Shown in pieces: positions 17,257-25,177 of a stretch of 32,000 nt of DNA. This DNA is from Pyrobaculum aerophilum str. IM2. Lineage in GTDB: Archaea; Thermoproteota; Thermoprotei; Thermoproteales; Thermoproteaceae. The notes below the pieces were generated by a model, which did not search any database, was not told the origin of the DNA, and worked only from the letters and a program-made list of their open reading frames with translations. Positions within the stretch are counted from its first letter, which is position 1. Every line of letters begins with the position of its first letter. A program made the position numbers and the translations under genes. Location of the stretch: positions 1,890,001 to 1,922,000 of the forward strand of contig NC_003364.1 in the NCBI RefSeq assembly GCF_000007225.1, read 5' to 3'.

Positions 17257-20200
17257 AGTGTCTCGTATCTGTCTGTCTTCAGGGGAGCTGATTTCAGATA
17301 CGCCTCTCTAAGCTCTCTGCTCCGCCTCCTAATACCTCCGCTTTCTACTGTGTAGTGAGCCAGCGAGTATTCAATTATGCGCGGATCCGGCATTGGCGGC
17401 ACAAACGTCAGCTGAAGCAGTATCTCCCTTGTCCTCCATCCGCTGTAGCTTGGTGCCCTAGGAAAGTACTGCAGTATCAACTCTCTAGCAACGTGTAAAG
17501 CGTCTCTCACATAATCGCGCACAATATTGTAAATTCTTATATCATTGTTAATAAAACATTTTGAAAGATCAGGTAAAGAATCAAGTTGTGACAAAACATT
17601 GCCTAACGTAAAGTAAAGCTCCCAAGAATACTTTAGCGGATCTGTTGCATATATGTTTATTATTTTTGATAAATTTTCATATAAACTACACGTATTATTA
17701 ATATTTTGTAAAACATTTCTAATATTATCAATGTATTGATTTATTTGATTAACAATATCTCTCAAGAGCCGGTGAGCTACTTGCTGCATTGAGCCTCCGA
17801 GCGCTTGAAGTGCGCTACACATTGTTTGAAGTCTCGAAGATATAACATGATACAGCTGATTCGCTTGGTTAGCATCTGAAACTAGAAATTGGAGAGAGCT
17901 CTCTACTACTTTCTCCACCTTGTTTATTACATTGCTGTTTCTAAACCACCCTAATGCTCTGATTGTCGTGTAGGCTATGAGTTGCTCAATGCTTATAATT
18001 CTGCTTTCGTCTCGCGGAAGCACAGGCGTTCGCTTAAAGGCGAAGAGTCTGGCTACGGCGTAGTCCTCGTCAATAAGCGCCACATCCTCCCCAGTATGCT
18101 TAGCAAACAAGATGCCAAGCGCGGTATAGAGAACGGATTTGTCCCTACCCCCGCGGCCAAACCTCTGTATAACGTTTTCTGCAAGCTTGGGAAGACCCAG
18201 CTGGCCCACTGCTCCAACGCCGGTAAGATTAACGCCGAGCTCCAGTGTCGATGTTGAAAGAACTACAGACCATGCACCAGGTCGCTCCAGCTTTTCCTCT
18301 ATACTATACCTTACGTTATCGGACAGATCTGCATGGTGTATCAGCAATGTGTGCCTGTTCTGTATATTTCTGCCGTTATTCCTGATATCACTTATGATAT
18401 CTATAGTAGCATCAATTGCCATATTGTAGCACTGCGGCCCCCTTGCTACCGAACTATCTGAATTATAGGCTCTTTTTGCAGAGCCATATGCGTTATTCAG
18501 CTCTGCCAGCGATGTGCAGAACAGCGTAAGGTGGCTGAAGTCTTCCAGCTCAGCCAGGCTACCAGAGTTGAGGATATTTCTGACTAGATTCAAACCATAT
18601 GATGCTATATTTCCGTTGATCAGATTCATTACAAACGGTTTGGTAACGGTCTTGTCAGATGGAGATCCCTCTTTAAGCACCAGCCTGTCCCTTACATATG
18701 CTTCAACTTCGCTTAGACTCTCTTTGCTGTCAAAAAATATTACGGACGAGAAGTTTCTCAGCACTTCTGCCGAGAGCTTGCGCCTGGCACTTGACGCTAT
18801 CATTAAAGACACCACAGCCTCTTGGACTGTGCCGCTGGGCGACTCCGCGGGATTTGTAAAGACCACCATTGGTGCGGTCAGCTTTGCAACTGTTACAGTA
18901 CTGCCACTCCCTTGGATGCTGCCCAGCATGCTATAGTAGTCTATTGGTTCGACAGCATATTCTTGCACCAGCCTTTCGCCGAGTAGCGCATTAGCGAGAC
19001 TTTCTGAAAACTCCCTTACCATTCTCGGATCGGGCGGCTCCGTTCTCTCAACTGCACCTACAGAGCGGAAGGTAATAGGCGCGCCGCTTGCGTCGCTGGC
19101 TATTCTGTCAGCAAAGGGCAGACCTGAGCTTGTAACTGTCGCGCTTGATAATATTATTGCAGGATACTTTTTCACGTCTCCAAGCAGATAAAGGCGGTGG
19201 AGGAGCGCCGTGAAGAAGTCTAGGTGCTTGGGCTCCAGCATTGTGTGTACTTCATCGATTACTAGCAGTGCAAGACTGTTGGCTAGCTTCTTTGCGCTAT
19301 CAGCGCTCCTCATGAGCATCGAAGACAGCTTATATGGATTGGTAACTATTATTGAAGAACTCAGCGCGTCGTCGTCCTCGCAATCTGTGAACCAGCTTAC
19401 TTGACTGGCCGCTTGATTTGTCCTGCATATATACTGCCCGCCTTGATACTCTAAGCTACCTCTTCCTCCATCGCACCTAAGGGCGCGCACGCCTCCTTGG
19501 GGTCGCCTGCCGCATCTTTTGCTGTCGCCATCTAAGACGGCGAGGCTTATATTCGCACCATGTCTATTAAGACCTTCTACTATGTAGTAAATCTGCTGAA
19601 CTTGTTGCAACGCCAGCTTTTTGCTTGGATACATTATCACAGCTTTGAAACCGTGTAGCGCAACAGCAATTGCAACGATTAAGAACACGAGAGTTTTTCC
19701 AGTGCCTGGAGGCGCCGTCAGAATAATGAGCGGGGAGCGCCCCGATTTTTCAAGCCATGCGGTAATGTTTTCTGCAATCTTTCTTATCGCCTCGTTCTGA
19801 AAGCCGCTTATATTAGTAATCGGCTGTCCTTTTTCATCAAATAGATTACTTACTAATTTATTAATCCAGTTCTCGTTCCATAAATTTCTTGAAAAATAAT
19901 TACTAATTTGATCTACTTTTATGTCTCTGCTACCTATATGATCAATTATAATTGGCAGGTAGTAGGCCTCAAAAGTTCTTCTATTGCCTGGTAGTGCGGA
20001 TATATTACGGATGAGTCTTGCAACTTCTCCGTGGAAAGTTCTGTAGCACCTCTCCGGTCCATTCAGCAACTTCCGCACATCTATCCTAACACCGCGCCTT
20101 CTCAGAGAGTTCAGCAGAGATACATACTCTAACATTATCAGGTAATCATTCCTTGTTACTTGAAATGCCACTACGTAACGTCCGCTGGAATCTATCTGAA

Positions 20201-21116
20201 TTTTCTGAAGGGGGATTCTATATTGATAACAGCTCTTTTCAATGAGCAATTTCTGCGCTTTGAGGTACTCTGCGATCTGCGACGCATTTTGAGAATTAAT
20301 CACATAATGAATGTGTTCCTCTGTAAGTGGCAAATTGTCTCTATGAAGCGTAGTTTGTGAAAGCGCGATGTAAAGAGGTCCGCATTTGACGCACCTAGTG
20401 CCGTGACGCGCGAGACACCACTCAGTTTTAAACAGCTCTTGATATGCAACTTCAGCGCTGGCGGCTCTGACCTGAGCAGTGCCTTGTGCGATATAGCTAC
20501 GCATTTTCTCACGTATTGGACAGTCTGTGTTCCTACATCTGGCGCACTCAGGGCCTGGCTTATACGCCAGCTCTGCCGACGTAGTTGTAGATGCGCCTTC
20601 TTTACGCGCTGTCTCAACATCAATGAATATAAAAAACGGCGTATTTTCTAAGCCCTCCACCGGTATTCCTCTATATACCAGTACGGGAATTACTTCAGGC
20701 GAGCTGAACCTTCTTCTTATCTCCTCTCCATACAGAACAGCTTGCTCGAAATCGGCGATGTAGGATCTTGTAAATCCCCTTTGACAGTACGATTCTTCAT
20801 TTATCTCCGCGAAAGGGTAGCTTTTAATCTCAAGCACGTATATTTTATCAATGCACCTAAGAACAGCGTCAGCAACTCCTCTCTTCACCAATGGGTTTTC
20901 CTCTATGCATTCGCTACCGATTATATCCCTAAATATCCTAACAACACGCGCTACTAGTTCGTCGTGTTCTCTCGACTTAGCCTCAAGCACTTTCTTAGCA
21001 TCCTCAGTAATATCCTCCTTAAAGTGATAACAGTGCAGAAGGCTTCTAATTCTTCTTGCTTCCTCTCTAGCGGCCATCATGACGCACACTAAAATCCAGA
21101 GCTGTTGAACACGCAC
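17253..21116 (-). CDS. 1287-aa fusion protein: N-terminal Cas4/RecB-like PD-(D/E)xK nuclease with Fe-S cysteines, an SF2 DEVH-box helicase, and a long helical C-terminal region
   Basis: Nuclease motifs: C70...D82/D90...VLEIKS (E96-x-K98, nt 20823-20831)...QAVLY (QxxxY)...CARCRNTDC (nt 20520-20546). Helicase motifs: I APPGTGKT (19692-19715), II DEVH (19245-19256), III SAT, then HHADL, V STSTLELGVNL, VI QRFGRGGR (18144-18167). The start is GTG 21116 or ATGATG at 21080. Confidence 0.9.
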   Translation of the reverse strand: MRVQQLWILVCVMMAAREEARRIRSLLHCYHFKEDITEDAKKVLEAKSREHDELVARVVRIFRDIIGSECIEENPLVKRGVADAVLRCIDKIYVLEIKSYPFAEINEESYCQRGFTRSYIADFEQAVLYGEEIRRRFSSPEVIPVLVYRGIPVEGLENTPFFIFIDVETARKEGASTTTSAELAYKPGPECARCRNTDCPIREKMRSYIAQGTAQVRAASAEVAYQELFKTEWCLARHGTRCVKCGPLYIALSQTTLHRDNLPLTEEHIHYVINSQNASQIAEYLKAQKLLIEKSCYQYRIPLQKIQIDSSGRYVVAFQVTRNDYLIMLEYVSLLNSLRRRGVRIDVRKLLNGPERCYRTFHGEVARLIRNISALPGNRRTFEAYYLPIIIDHIGSRDIKVDQISNYFSRNLWNENWINKLVSNLFDEKGQPITNISGFQNEAIRKIAENITAWLEKSGRSPLIILTAPPGTGKTLVFLIVAIAVALHGFKAVIMYPSKKLALQQVQQIYYIVEGLNRHGANISLAVLDGDSKRCGRRPQGGVRALRCDGGRGSLEYQGGQYICRTNQAASQVSWFTDCEDDDALSSSIIVTNPYKLSSMLMRSADSAKKLANSLALLVIDEVHTMLEPKHLDFFTALLHRLYLLGDVKKYPAIILSSATVTSSGLPFADRIASDASGAPITFRSVGAVERTEPPDPRMVREFSESLANALLGERLVQEYAVEPIDYYSMLGSIQGSGSTVTVAKLTAPMVVFTNPAESPSGTVQEAVVSLMIASSARRKLSAEVLRNFSSVIFFDSKESLSEVEAYVRDRLVLKEGSPSDKTVTKPFVMNLINGNIASYGLNLVRNILNSGSLAELEDFSHLTLFCTSLAELNNAYGSAKRAYNSDSSVARGPQCYNMAIDATIDIISDIRNNGRNIQNRHTLLIHHADLSDNVRYSIEEKLERPGAWSVVLSTSTLELGVNLTGVGAVGQLGLPKLAENVIQRFGRGGRDKSVLYTALGILFAKHTGEDVALIDEDYAVARLFAFKRTPVLPRDESRIISIEQLIAYTTIRALGWFRNSNVINKVEKVVESSLQFLVSDANQANQLYHVISSRLQTMCSALQALGGSMQQVAHRLLRDIVNQINQYIDNIRNVLQNINNTCSLYENLSKIINIYATDPLKYSWELYFTLGNVLSQLDSLPDLSKCFINNDIRIYNIVRDYVRDALHVARELILQYFPRAPSYSGWRTREILLQLTFVPPMPDPRIIEYSLAHYTVESGGIRRRSRELREAYLKSAPLKTDRYETL

Positions 21117-21259
21117 TCAATGTTGCCGTGCTACATAGAGCCAAGTAATCAAGTGGCACATCTCTAGCGGCAAAGTTATATATTAAGTTTTTCTGCATAA
21201 ATTACAGCGTTAGATCTAGCCTCTTCTGCCTAAAAATATCTTGCAGTGAGCGCAGACGT

Positions 21260-21952
21260 TCAGACGCGCTCTCGCTTCTGATAGAATACGCACACATTAT
21301 TGGCCAGAGGGCACAGACTGCACTTAGGCGATTTGGCAGTACACACCTTTCTCGCAAAATCTAGCACTCCAAAGTTAAACTCTTTGGCCAGCTCTGGATC
21401 TCGGGGAACGAGAGATCTCGCAAAATTCCAAAGCTCCCTGTCGGTATGAGGCCTCCTCTTTTTAGATTTGATGCCAAACACTCTTTCAATAACCCTTATC
21501 ATATTTCTGTCGAGAAGCGGTTCCGGCTTCCCACACGCCGTAAGGAGGACTTCGGATGCGGCATAGTCGCCCACGCCCGGCAGTGACTTCAAAGCGTCTC
21601 TGTCGCAAGGAATCTGTCCATTAAATCTCCTGACCAGCTCCTCCGAAAGCTTCTTGAGGAGCGTTGCGCGGACGTGCTCCATCCCCAGAGGCTGTATAAT
21701 TGCTTTAATCTCCTCAACACTGGCGTCTGCAAGGCGAGCCGGCGATGGGTACCGTCTCAAAAATTCCCTATATATATCGACAACTTGCTTTACCGTAGTC
21801 TTCCTCAGAAGCAGGGCCGCGACGAGCACAGCCCACGGGTCGCCGGCTTTCCGCCACGGCAGGTCTTTCTCGCCGAATTCTCTATACCACTTAATGATGG
21901 CATCACGGAATTTAGTATAATCTACACCACGTGGTATAAGATCTGAACACAC
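21260..21952 (-). CDS. mig: HhH-GPD/[4Fe-4S] DNA glycosylase of the EndoIII/MutY superfamily, Mig-like (T/G and U/G mismatch glycosylase type)
   Basis: Motifs: LPWRKAGDPWAVLVAALLLRKTT; HhH LPGVGDYAASEVLL, with Tyr where EndoIII has its catalytic Lys, as in Mig; catalytic-Asp segment LLDRNMIRVIERV; Fe-S loop CTAKSPKCSLCPLANNVC. It is adjacent to a C5-MTase, as for Mig.MthI. Confidence 0.85.
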   Translation of the reverse strand: MCSDLIPRGVDYTKFRDAIIKWYREFGEKDLPWRKAGDPWAVLVAALLLRKTTVKQVVDIYREFLRRYPSPARLADASVEEIKAIIQPLGMEHVRATLLKKLSEELVRRFNGQIPCDRDALKSLPGVGDYAASEVLLTACGKPEPLLDRNMIRVIERVFGIKSKKRRPHTDRELWNFARSLVPRDPELAKEFNFGVLDFARKVCTAKSPKCSLCPLANNVCVFYQKRERV

Positions 21953-21992
21953 CGGCTTGATTCTCAGAGCATAGTATATAAAAATGTAACAT

Positions 21993-23024
21993 ATGGCCTC
22001 GTTATATATGGCCGTTAGTGTTTCAACATGCGAGCCCTATGTTTCTAGAGCGGTTAAGCAGGACTCCACTCTTGCGATATACGCCGAATACGTCAGCGAT
22101 CTCTGTGAAGGCGCTGTAAGGAGCGGAGACGTAGAACGCTTCTCAAAGCTAGACGAGTGGCTTGAGTGGCTTAAATGGAGCTCCGTCGTTTTGAACCATC
22201 ACGATTACTTAGAGGTAGCAGTGCGTACACTGAGGCTTGCACCATATCTGAGACCCACAGACTATGGAACAGCTAGACAGCGAGATCTGGGTCAGCTGTG
22301 GACCGATGCTATAAGGGGACATTTGGGCGAGATAGCCTTTGCAAAATGGATTAGCGAGAAATTTGGTATAGCCATAGAAACGGGACTCAGCGAGCTTGGT
22401 CCGCTTGAGGAATTTCTACCATCTGATGTAATAAAGGTAAACAACAGGCCTCCACAGCTTAAGGTCAGTATTAAAACTACAAAATTAAGGGGAGTGTGGC
22501 TTGATATTCCGTATAAGCAGATAGATCACAGTGACATTTTTATACTAGTGAGAGTCGGCGTAGCTAGGGAGCATTTCATAGCTTTTCTGAAGGCTATCAG
22601 TGTTATTAGAGACAAAATTCTAGCAACAGCACTGCAACAAGGTATCATAAGTGAAAAAGAGAGCGAGGAAATCTGGAATTTGCTACCCGACTTTAAGCCG
22701 ATACCTGCGTATATTGTAGGTTATTTTGACAAAAGATTGTATATAGATTATATTCAGAGCGAAGACGTTATTGAAGTTGATGGAATCATTGGAACAAGAA
22801 ATATAACAGTTAGAAAGTACTTAGGTTACTGGCATCCCGAAGACAACAGAGTGAAAGAATCGGTTCTCGCAAGGCTGGAACAAAAGTACGGCACAAAGAT
22901 TTCTGGTTACAAAATTCGGTTTGAAGGAATTGGAGATTTTTCAAAAACAAAGCACTTCGTAGTTAGCTCTGGATTTCTAAAACGCACAGAAAGGGATTGG
23001 AGAGAGCTATTAGCTCAGCTGTAG
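21993..23024 (+). CDS. candidate type II restriction endonuclease (PD-(D/E)xK-like); otherwise hypothetical
   Basis: The putative catalytic pattern is GE113IAF ... PSD145VIKV ... KVS159-I-K161 (nt 22329-22475). The gene converges on and overlaps the C5-MTase gene by 10 nt, a typical R-M arrangement. The start could be ATG 22008. Confidence 0.5.
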   Translation: MASLYMAVSVSTCEPYVSRAVKQDSTLAIYAEYVSDLCEGAVRSGDVERFSKLDEWLEWLKWSSVVLNHHDYLEVAVRTLRLAPYLRPTDYGTARQRDLGQLWTDAIRGHLGEIAFAKWISEKFGIAIETGLSELGPLEEFLPSDVIKVNNRPPQLKVSIKTTKLRGVWLDIPYKQIDHSDIFILVRVGVAREHFIAFLKAISVIRDKILATALQQGIISEKESEEIWNLLPDFKPIPAYIVGYFDKRLYIDYIQSEDVIEVDGIIGTRNITVRKYLGYWHPEDNRVKESVLARLEQKYGTKISGYKIRFEGIGDFSKTKHFVVSSGFLKRTERDWRELLAQL

Positions 23025-24406
23025 AAATCTGCTAAAATTCTGGCCAGCGTCTCCGCTATCTTCATAGCCGCCAGCGGCGGCACAGCCTCTCCAATTTGCG
23101 CCCTTATCTGCGTCTTTGAACCGTAAAAGAGGAAGAGATCGGGAAACGTCTGGAGCCTAGCCCTCTCCCTCAATGTCAGAGTCGCCCTGTCTCTGTCGTA
23201 ATGATAGCCGTGAGTTCCGCCGCCGCCGTATGCCACTACAGTATAGGCAGGTATCAGCGGATGCAACCTCCTGTAGATTAGGCTGATGCCTCTCCCCTTT
23301 ACTTCCCACTTTGTCCCTTTGACAAACTCGTGGTTTTCGCCGGGCGGGATCCGCTTCATCCGCTCTACTACCTCTGTACTGTCGTCGGGGGGGTCGGTCG
23401 TGCCGTCGGGAAGTTTTAGGAGGCTGACAGGCGTGTTGTAGTATCCGAGAAGCTTCAGCACCACCTCGTGTTCTCTAAATGCGGCGTCTAGCTCCTCACT
23501 GTCAGTCCTCTGCACTCCATTCAGCCTTAAATAGTCTTGGACTGCGTCAAAAGTCAGATCGTCCCACACTTTCTGCTTCCACATGAGAGCGGTTTCTGTG
23601 CCCACTTCTTCCCACACTCCGCGCCACTTCTCCATAATTTCTCTATACTCTTCCTGCAACTCATCAAGCCTCCTGCCTTCAAAGACTTCCAGCGGCGTGA
23701 GGGGAAATTTTGCAAAAACAGTCTTACGCAGAGCGCGGTCAATTACAGCCCTGGCATGCCAGATCTGCTCCGCAGAGCGGATTAAATCTCGCCTTATGCC
23801 GATTATTATCAGCCTCTCCCTCTTCTGGGGAACGCCTGCGGCCGCAAAATCGACTATATCACTAAATACTATCTCATAACCTTTAACGCCAGCACCTATT
23901 TTCTCTTGCGTCATGATCTCCTTTACCTCTTCCCATCTGGTATTCAGCCTGGCGAAATCTTCGATAATGGTCTTGTACGCAAGGCCCCCGTTCGCGCTCG
24001 TCAAGCCTGGGACGTTTTCAAAGACAAAAGCTTTGGGCTGAAGTACTGCGAGCGCTCTGATGAAGTGGGCATACAGCCTCCCCCTCTTTATCGTTATGCC
24101 GACACGGGCGGGCCCCCTTACAATTGAAAAGTCTTGACACGGCGGGCCGCCGACAACTACGTCAGCCTCTCCAGCTAGCGGCGAAAACAGTACTTTCTCT
24201 ACGTCGCAGGACAGCACAACATTCGGCTCGGCCTCAGTTAAGCCGCCGCACTTCAGCAACTTCATCTCGAAGTTCTTGGCATATGTTGTGGTAGCGTACA
24301 GATTTACGTCATTTGCAAATATTATTTGGTACATTCCGCTCATCTTAAAGCCTAAGTCAAGACCTCCGGCGCCCGAAAAGAGCGAAACGACTCTGAAGGG
24401 TTTCAT
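23015..24406 (-). CDS. DNA (cytosine-5)-methyltransferase
   Basis: Motifs: I LFSGAGGLDLGF; IV GGPPCQDFS; VI FVFENVPGL; VIII QKRERLIIIG; a long variable (TRD) region; IX/X TLRERARLQTFPDLF...GEAVPPLAA. Confidence 0.95.
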   Translation of the reverse strand: MKPFRVVSLFSGAGGLDLGFKMSGMYQIIFANDVNLYATTTYAKNFEMKLLKCGGLTEAEPNVVLSCDVEKVLFSPLAGEADVVVGGPPCQDFSIVRGPARVGITIKRGRLYAHFIRALAVLQPKAFVFENVPGLTSANGGLAYKTIIEDFARLNTRWEEVKEIMTQEKIGAGVKGYEIVFSDIVDFAAAGVPQKRERLIIIGIRRDLIRSAEQIWHARAVIDRALRKTVFAKFPLTPLEVFEGRRLDELQEEYREIMEKWRGVWEEVGTETALMWKQKVWDDLTFDAVQDYLRLNGVQRTDSEELDAAFREHEVVLKLLGYYNTPVSLLKLPDGTTDPPDDSTEVVERMKRIPPGENHEFVKGTKWEVKGRGISLIYRRLHPLIPAYTVVAYGGGGTHGYHYDRDRATLTLRERARLQTFPDLFLFYGSKTQIRAQIGEAVPPLAAMKIAETLARILADFYS

Positions 24407-24420
24407 AGCGTTGCTGTACG

Positions 24421-24696
24421 CTAATGGCGATTGACCAGGCGAGTGGCAGAGAGGTCACAGCGTAACAGCATTTTTACTCCTTCTTCGTTTGTACTTTCTA
24501 ATATGTTTGGAAGTGCCACCACCTTTACCTGAGACTCCCTGTACCGCATCTTCCAAGACTTCACTGGTATTTTCTCCGATGGCTCACTATATAAGTGCAT
24601 ATGTCTTAAAGTCGTTGTATTGTACAGATATCCCACAACCCTAACTATGGGGTATAAAACCAAATTAACGGGGAAAGAAGTCCTTGATTTTATCAT
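24421..24696 (-). CDS. hypothetical protein (91 aa) immediately upstream of, and co-oriented with, the C5-MTase gene
   Basis: ATAAAGATAAAAG lies about 24 nt upstream of the ATG on the minus strand. There is a 14-nt gap to the MTase start. The composition is AT-rich like the rest of the block. I recognise no motif. Confidence 0.45.
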   Translation of the reverse strand: MIKSRTSFPVNLVLYPIVRVVGYLYNTTTLRHMHLYSEPSEKIPVKSWKMRYRESQVKVVALPNILESTNEEGVKMLLRCDLSATRLVNRH

Positions 24697-24868
24697 ACAG
24701 GGGTGGGCATTCTCCTCACTTTTATCTTTATGCTATCTTATTACTTTGTAAAGACTCATTTGTGCGCCTTCCTCCTATAACATGTTCACAAAAAGCTTTA
24801 CTAGCGCCGAGTAGTGCTCCGGCTTCTAAAGTCGGTTACCTATATATTAGTGCGGTTTAATGTAAGGT

Positions 24869-25129
24869 GTGGCATCTCTGTACTACTTAGACAGATTCAT
24901 GCCATCACCCTGCTATGCAGTAGATGTTAAGTGCGCCTTAGAGTTAGCCAGAAGAATGGTGTCCTTCTGCAAGCCTGTTAGGATCTGCGTCTGGCCCGGG
25001 GACGCGCCGGAGGTAATCGAGGTTTTCTGCGAGGGCGGGCCCTCTCTAAAGCTCATGCGCGAGGCATCCCCCAGCCTGCTGGCCGAGTACTACGCCGGGG
25101 AGAAGGACTGCTTTGAGCCGGAGATGTAG
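24869..25129 (+). CDS. hypothetical Cys-rich protein (86 aa)
   Basis: GTG start about 22 nt after CTATATATTAG. The protein contains six Cys. I recognise no family. Confidence 0.4.
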   Translation: MASLYYLDRFMPSPCYAVDVKCALELARRMVSFCKPVRICVWPGDAPEVIEVFCEGGPSLKLMREASPSLLAEYYAGEKDCFEPEM

Positions 25130-25177
25130 CCTGCGGTCTCGCAGAGAATTGGCATACCGCAGAGAGGAGGGAGTGTT

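Noticed and set aside
17982-20957. Plus-strand ORFs inside the 1287-aa gene (17982-18257, 18139-18429, 18514-18936, 19210-19404, 20160-20360, 20403-20651, 20527-20763, 20742-20957) and the alternative-frame minus ORF 20300-20623
   Set aside because: They are antisense or alternative-frame to a gene carrying a full, colinear helicase motif set. They are Ser/Leu-rich low-complexity translations.
15244-21116. Whether the helicase operon could be a Cas3-type effector serving the CRISPR array
   Set aside because: I saw no HD-nuclease motif and no other cas genes. The array is more than 5.5 kb away, separated by housekeeping genes and a tRNA. The helicase partner does not resemble any Cascade subunit.
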